Assembly (NCBI GenBank): GCA_034723415.1
Contig: JAYEOX010000072.1
Coordinates: 1 to 11,920 of the forward strand
Length of the DNA: 11,920 nt
Reading direction: 5' to 3'
Source: Fidelibacterota bacterium
GTDB taxonomy: Bacteria > Fidelibacterota > Fidelibacteria > Fidelibacterales > Fidelibacteraceae
Shown one piece after another: positions 7,039-11,920 of the stretch. Below the pieces are notes generated by a model that ran no database searches, was not told the origin of the DNA, and saw only the letters and a list, made by a program, of their open reading frames with translations. Numbering within the stretch: the stretch's first letter is position 1; the number at the start of each line of letters is the position of its first letter. The position numbers and the translations under genes were made by a program.

Positions 7039-8415
7039 TTAAATCATATCCAACTTAACAGTAAAATGTCTCATTATTTCCGCTTCCCAAATAATTTTTA
7101 GTCCCTTTTTCATTTCAGTTCTTCTGTCAAAAACATTTTTGAGAGCAACTGCGACATACTTCATTTGGTTGTTATTATAGACACGGCGAGGAATTGCAAG
7201 TCGCATCAATTCCAATTTTGGATATCTGTTTTCTCGTGTTATTGGATTTCTATCTGCAAGTAAAGTTCCGATTTCCACACCTCTCACACCGGCTTCTTTA
7301 TATAATTCAACAGCGAGTAATTGTGCCGGAAATTCGCTTTGCGGTATTTGAGGATAAAATCTTTTTGCATCAACAAATATTGCATGTCCACCAATTGGTA
7401 CTTGAATTGGAATACCGTATTTTTGTAAAGTTTTCCCCAAATATTCTATCTGTTTTATTCTACTTTGTAAATATCCGTATTCAGTCGCTTCGTCTAATCC
7501 TTGAGATAATGCTCCCATATCTCTTCCGGCCATTCCGCCATAAGTAACGAATCCTTCATAGATTATGTCAAAATTGGCAACTTTTTCATACAACGGCCTA
7601 TCTCTAAATGCAACAAATCCGCCCATATTTACAATTGCATCTTTTTTGCTGCTCATTGTGCAACCATCGACATAACTAAACATTTCTTTGACAATTTCTT
7701 TGATTGTTTTATTTTTATAATCGTCTTCTCGTTCTTTTATGAAATATGCATTTTCGGCAAATCTCGCAGCATCGAAAAAAACTGTAATTCCATATTTTTT
7801 TGAAAGTTCAGAGACGGCTTTTATATTTTGCATTGAGACCGGCTGTCCACCGGATGAATTACAAGTAACAGTAATAATTGTGATTGGTATTTTTTCCTTT
7901 GGATATTTTTTGTAAATGCTTTCCAATTTATTTAGATTAATATTTCCTTTAAAATGATGTGTCGATTCTGTATCAAACGCTTCATCTATTGTGCAATCAA
8001 CAGCAGTTGCTTTCCTCATTTCAATATGACCTTTAGTTGTATCAAAATGAGAATTTCCGGGGACAATATCGCCCTCTTTCAATATTGCAGAAAATAAAAT
8101 ATTTTCTGCTGCTCTTCCTTGATGTGTAGGTAAAAAACTATGAAACCCAAGCAAATCTCTAATAGTCTGTCGCAATTTAAGAAATGAAATTGAGCCGGCA
8201 TAACTTTCGTCTCCTTTCATTATTTCTGCCCATTGATTATCACTCATTGCACCTGTTCCGGAATCAGTTAACAAGTCAATGATCACCTGATCACTTCGCA
8301 GATTAAACATATTAAATTCAGCTTCTTTTATCCATTTTTCTCTATCTGCTTTTGTGCTTGTTGTAATATTTTCAACCATCTTTGTTTTATATGGTTTTAT
8401 GTAAGGTAGTTTCAT
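7039..8415 (-). CDS. tnaA: Tryptophanase (beta-eliminating PLP lyase, tryptophanase/tyrosine phenol-lyase family)
   Basis: 458 aa with IDLLTDSGT, GDESYAGS, HQGRAAE, the PLP-lysine motif MSSKKD, YEGFVTYGG and RLAIPRRVY. FDTT and RHFT are the tryptophanase-type residues (tyrosine phenol-lyase has FTTT and RFFT). RBS GAGGTG at 8426-8421 (minus strand). Confidence 0.85.
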   Translation of the reverse strand: MKLPYIKPYKTKMVENITTSTKADREKWIKEAEFNMFNLRSDQVIIDLLTDSGTGAMSDNQWAEIMKGDESYAGSISFLKLRQTIRDLLGFHSFLPTHQGRAAENILFSAILKEGDIVPGNSHFDTTKGHIEMRKATAVDCTIDEAFDTESTHHFKGNINLNKLESIYKKYPKEKIPITIITVTCNSSGGQPVSMQNIKAVSELSKKYGITVFFDAARFAENAYFIKEREDDYKNKTIKEIVKEMFSYVDGCTMSSKKDAIVNMGGFVAFRDRPLYEKVANFDIIYEGFVTYGGMAGRDMGALSQGLDEATEYGYLQSRIKQIEYLGKTLQKYGIPIQVPIGGHAIFVDAKRFYPQIPQSEFPAQLLAVELYKEAGVRGVEIGTLLADRNPITRENRYPKLELMRLAIPRRVYNNNQMKYVAVALKNVFDRRTEMKKGLKIIWEAEIMRHFTVKLDMI

Positions 8416-8612
8416 TTTGACACCTCATTATTTTTATTGTAAAACATTAATTAAATTTAATATTTATTTATGTTAATTCAAACACATTTTTAATGTTAAT
8501 GATGTAATAGAAAAACTAATTGAAGCTAAGAAGAATTCATAATTTTTCAAATAAAAAAAATAATTGTAAATGTAGTCAAAATTTGTTAAATTAATTTTCA
8601 AATGGATTAGAG

Positions 8613-9980
8613 GTGAACAAAATAGAGCGGAAAAAGAAAATTATTGGAATAAGTATAGCTATAGTATTGATTGTATTATTGGTTTATACTATTCAGTTTA
8701 CATTAATACAAACATCGATATCAAAAATTAAGAAATCAAATAAAATCATCGTGCTGATGAGTAATAAACCTACGGTATATTATCAAGGTGCCGAAGGGCC
8801 GACTGGTTTTGAATATGAATTAATGTCTGATTTTGCAGAATTCTTAGATGTGAAATTGGAAATTAAAATATACAATGATATTGCTGAATTATTATCAGCA
8901 ATAGATGATAAAAAAGGTGATATTGCATCGGGAGCTATTACAAAAACGAAAGAGCGAAATGATACACTTTTATTTGGTCCAGAATATTACAATGTAAGTG
9001 AAGTAATTGTCTATAGACGAGGAAATAAAAAACCAAGAAAAATTGATGATCTGAAAAATTATTCCTTTATGGTTACTAAAAACACGAGTTACATTAGCAC
9101 ACTTCAAGAATTAAAAAATGATCATCCCCAGTTAGAGTGGAAAGTTGCAGAAGAATTATCAACAGAACAATTGCTATACAAAGTATTCAATAAAACATTA
9201 GGTTGCACAGTTGCAGATGAAAATATTTTTGATATTAATCGTCGTTATTATCCCGGTATTAAAATTGCTTTTCCGATTAAAGAAGATCAATCTCTATCTT
9301 GGGTGATAAATGAAGATAAAAAATATATTAATAAGGTTTTAAAATATTGGTTAAAAAAATACAAAAAATCAGGTAAATATAATGCATTAGTTGAGAAGTA
9401 TTATAGTTATTCAAAAATATTTGATTATGTAGATATTCGTGCTTTCCATCGCAATATTAACGCAAGATTACCAAAATATAAAAACATATTCAAAAATGTA
9501 TCAAAAAAATACGGTTTTTCATGGCAATTATTAGCCGCTCAATCTTATCAAGAATCTCATTGGCGTCCCTATGCAAAAAGCCCAACAGGTGTAAGGGGAA
9601 TAATGATGCTAACAAGAAATACAGCAAAATCATTGGGTGTTACAAATCGCTTGAATATATACCAAAGTATTAATGGAGGAGCAAAATATCTATCAAAAAT
9701 GTTGAATCAAGTTCCTGAATATATAAATGAAGAAGATAAAATACTTTTTGCATTAGCCGGATATAATGTTGGAATGGCTCATATTAAAGATGCTATGAAT
9801 TTGGCTGAAGAATTAAATATTGATGCGAATAGATGGAATGAATTCAAGGAAGTGTTGCCGTTATTGACACAAGAGAAATATTATAAAAACTTAAAATATG
9901 GGTATGCAAGAGGAACTGAACCTGTAATTTATGTTGAACATATATTAAATTATAAAAATATTTTAGAAAATAAAAATTAA
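8613..9980 (+). CDS. mltF: Membrane-bound lytic murein transglycosylase F
   Basis: N-terminal TM anchor, a substrate-binding-protein-like domain (GPTGFEYELM, TVADEN) and an SLT domain (YQESHW, SPTGVRGIMMLT, AGYNVG, KYGYARGTEPV). GTG start. Confidence 0.9.
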   Translation: MNKIERKKKIIGISIAIVLIVLLVYTIQFTLIQTSISKIKKSNKIIVLMSNKPTVYYQGAEGPTGFEYELMSDFAEFLDVKLEIKIYNDIAELLSAIDDKKGDIASGAITKTKERNDTLLFGPEYYNVSEVIVYRRGNKKPRKIDDLKNYSFMVTKNTSYISTLQELKNDHPQLEWKVAEELSTEQLLYKVFNKTLGCTVADENIFDINRRYYPGIKIAFPIKEDQSLSWVINEDKKYINKVLKYWLKKYKKSGKYNALVEKYYSYSKIFDYVDIRAFHRNINARLPKYKNIFKNVSKKYGFSWQLLAAQSYQESHWRPYAKSPTGVRGIMMLTRNTAKSLGVTNRLNIYQSINGGAKYLSKMLNQVPEYINEEDKILFALAGYNVGMAHIKDAMNLAEELNIDANRWNEFKEVLPLLTQEKYYKNLKYGYARGTEPVIYVEHILNYKNILENKN

Positions 9981-10007
9981 TTGGAATATAAAAGGAGGGA
10001 ATCATAA

Positions 10008-11915
10008 TTGCAAAATTTAAATTGGCTGGACTTCAGTGTAATAATCGCCTTTTTCTTAGTGATCTTCGGTATTGCTATTTATTACACAAAAAAAGCAGGG
10101 AAAGATACTGGAGAGTTTTTTCTATCGGGTAGAAATTTACCTTGGTATTTAGCCGGTACTGCAATGGTTGCAATTACTTTCGCAGCTGATACGCCATTAG
10201 CTGTAACAGAACTAATAGCGAAAAATGGAATTGGCGGAAATTGGTTGTGGTGGAATATGGCAATTGGTGCAATGTTAACTGTTTTCTTTTTCGCTCGTTT
10301 ATGGCGTCGTGCCGGTGTGATGACAGATGTAGAATTTGTAGAGTTGAGATATTCCGGGAAACCGGCAGCTGCATTGAGAGGATTTCGGGCAATTTATCTC
10401 GGGCTTTTTATGAATGCGATTGTTATGGGTTGGGTGAATAAAGCTATGGAAAAAATATTTTCTGTAACCATTCCTGAAGTTAACGGATTTACACTTGTGA
10501 TAATTACAGCCACGATAATTGCTATTTATGCATCAGCATCAGGATTAGTAGGCACTGCCAGAACAGATAGTTTTCAATTTGTTTTTGCCATTACCGGTTG
10601 TATAATTCTCGCAGTTATTGCAGTTAGATTGCCTGAAGTTGGAGGTATGGTTGCATTAAAAGAAAAGATAGCTCCTCAGTTATTGGAATTCACACCACGG
10701 ATTGGAAATGCATCTTTACATGGAGTAGCCGGTGGTGCATTGGCTTTGACAGTTGGAGCATTTATTGCTCATATCGGTTTGCAGTGGTGGTCAAGTTGGT
10801 ATCCGGGAGCCGAACCGGGAGGAGGCGGATATATTGCTCAAAGAATGATGTCAGCAAAAGATGAAAAACATAGTTTGTTTGCTACACTGTGGTTTACAAT
10901 TGCTCATTATGCAATCAGACCCTGGCCGTGGATTCTTGTTGCATTAGTTGCACTTGTAGTATTTCCAAGGTCAGAAAATCCTGAAGTATTGCAAAAACAA
11001 AATCCTGCGATGTATCAAGTTGCAGAAAAAGTTTATAACAATCAAACTTTAGAAAAATCCGATAAAGTAACTTCTTCTACTGTAGAATTTCAGGAATTCT
11101 ATGAAAACTATGAAAACACAATTGATCCGGGAAGAATGTATCCGAAAATGATGGTGAGATATTTGCCTGCCGGATTATTAGGATTGTTAATTGCAGTATT
11201 TCTTGCTGCTTATATGTCCACGATCGCATCGCAGCTAAATTGGGGAACCTCATATTTGGTAAATGATTTTTATCGTCGTTTTATATCAAGAAAAAAAAGT
11301 GAAAAACATTATGTTTTAGTTTCAAGAATAACTTTGGTCTTACTTGTAATTTTTTCATTGATTATTACAAAATATTTTTTAACGACAATTTCAGGAGCAT
11401 GGGAATTCATAATCAATGCAAGTGCCGGGATTGGAGCTGTTTTAATTTTACGATGGTTTTGGTGGCGAATAAATGCTTGGTCGGAGATCTCCGGAATGAT
11501 CGCTCCGCTAATTATTTATCCAATTGCAAAATATAAATTTGGCATGGAATCACCAATTACACTTTATCCGATTGTTATTGGTTCAACTTTAGTGTGGTTG
11601 ATCGTTACTTATTTGACAAAACCGGAAAGTACAGAAACACTTAGAAAATTTTATAAAAAAGTTCATCCGGGTGGGATTGGTTGGAAGAAAATTGCAAAAG
11701 ATATGCCTGAAGTAAAAGGTGATACAGGTTTTGGACGATTATTTTTGGATTGGGCATGTGGAGTTGCACTTATTTATTCATTTCTATTTGGAATTGGCAA
11801 ATTGATATTTGTAGAATTTATTCCTGCAATTATTTATTTATCAATATCAGTTATATCTGCTTTGATAATTTATTTTGATTTGAAAAATAGAGGATTTGAA
11901 GAATTAGTTGAATAA
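10008..11915 (+). CDS. Sodium:solute symporter (SSS/SLC5 family), substrate unknown
   Basis: 635 aa polytopic membrane protein with FFLSGRNLPW, ELRYSG, YIAQRMMSAK and LAAYMSTIASQLN. TTG start preceded by AGGAGG at 9993-9998. Confidence 0.92.
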   Translation: MQNLNWLDFSVIIAFFLVIFGIAIYYTKKAGKDTGEFFLSGRNLPWYLAGTAMVAITFAADTPLAVTELIAKNGIGGNWLWWNMAIGAMLTVFFFARLWRRAGVMTDVEFVELRYSGKPAAALRGFRAIYLGLFMNAIVMGWVNKAMEKIFSVTIPEVNGFTLVIITATIIAIYASASGLVGTARTDSFQFVFAITGCIILAVIAVRLPEVGGMVALKEKIAPQLLEFTPRIGNASLHGVAGGALALTVGAFIAHIGLQWWSSWYPGAEPGGGGYIAQRMMSAKDEKHSLFATLWFTIAHYAIRPWPWILVALVALVVFPRSENPEVLQKQNPAMYQVAEKVYNNQTLEKSDKVTSSTVEFQEFYENYENTIDPGRMYPKMMVRYLPAGLLGLLIAVFLAAYMSTIASQLNWGTSYLVNDFYRRFISRKKSEKHYVLVSRITLVLLVIFSLIITKYFLTTISGAWEFIINASAGIGAVLILRWFWWRINAWSEISGMIAPLIIYPIAKYKFGMESPITLYPIVIGSTLVWLIVTYLTKPESTETLRKFYKKVHPGGIGWKKIAKDMPEVKGDTGFGRLFLDWACGVALIYSFLFGIGKLIFVEFIPAIIYLSISVISALIIYFDLKNRGFEELVE

Positions 11916-11920
11916 AAAAA

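Noticed and set aside
6117..7547. Plus-strand ORFs 6117-6320 and 7194-7547
   Set aside because: Antisense to the BRO gene and tnaA; no independent evidence.
8438..8590. TyrR-like TGTAAA half-sites and AT-rich inverted repeats upstream of tnaA
   Set aside because: No matching TTTACA half-site at the right spacing; such matches are expected by chance in very AT-rich DNA.
10174..10441. ORFs 10174-10392 (-) and 10241-10441 (+)
   Set aside because: Nested in the SSS gene in alternative frames; the Cys/Arg richness is a frame artefact.

Overview
AT-rich bacterial genomic window (about 30% GC by eye). From left to right it holds: an AbiE-type (type IV toxin-antitoxin / abortive infection) pair with an inverted-repeat operator over its promoter; rnr (RNase R) and radA on the minus strand; a truncated, chimeric BRO-N-type gene; a tryptophanase-type PLP lyase (tnaA); and, divergently, mltF followed by a sodium:solute symporter. 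The spacers at 1923-2394, 4486-4694 and 6051-7038 are packed with short palindromes, REP-like triloop hairpins and 8-10 nt tandem motifs. The most unusual signal is in the BRO-N gene. It has two tandem paralogous modules, each ending in a DNA palindrome with the same ACAAATTGT core but read in different codon frames. A dispersed hairpin element replaces the gene's 3' end, and a second copy of that element, with a compensatory base-pair change, lies 3.9 kb away. CCGG is also strongly over-represented across the window. All protein calls come from motif recognition; no searches were run.
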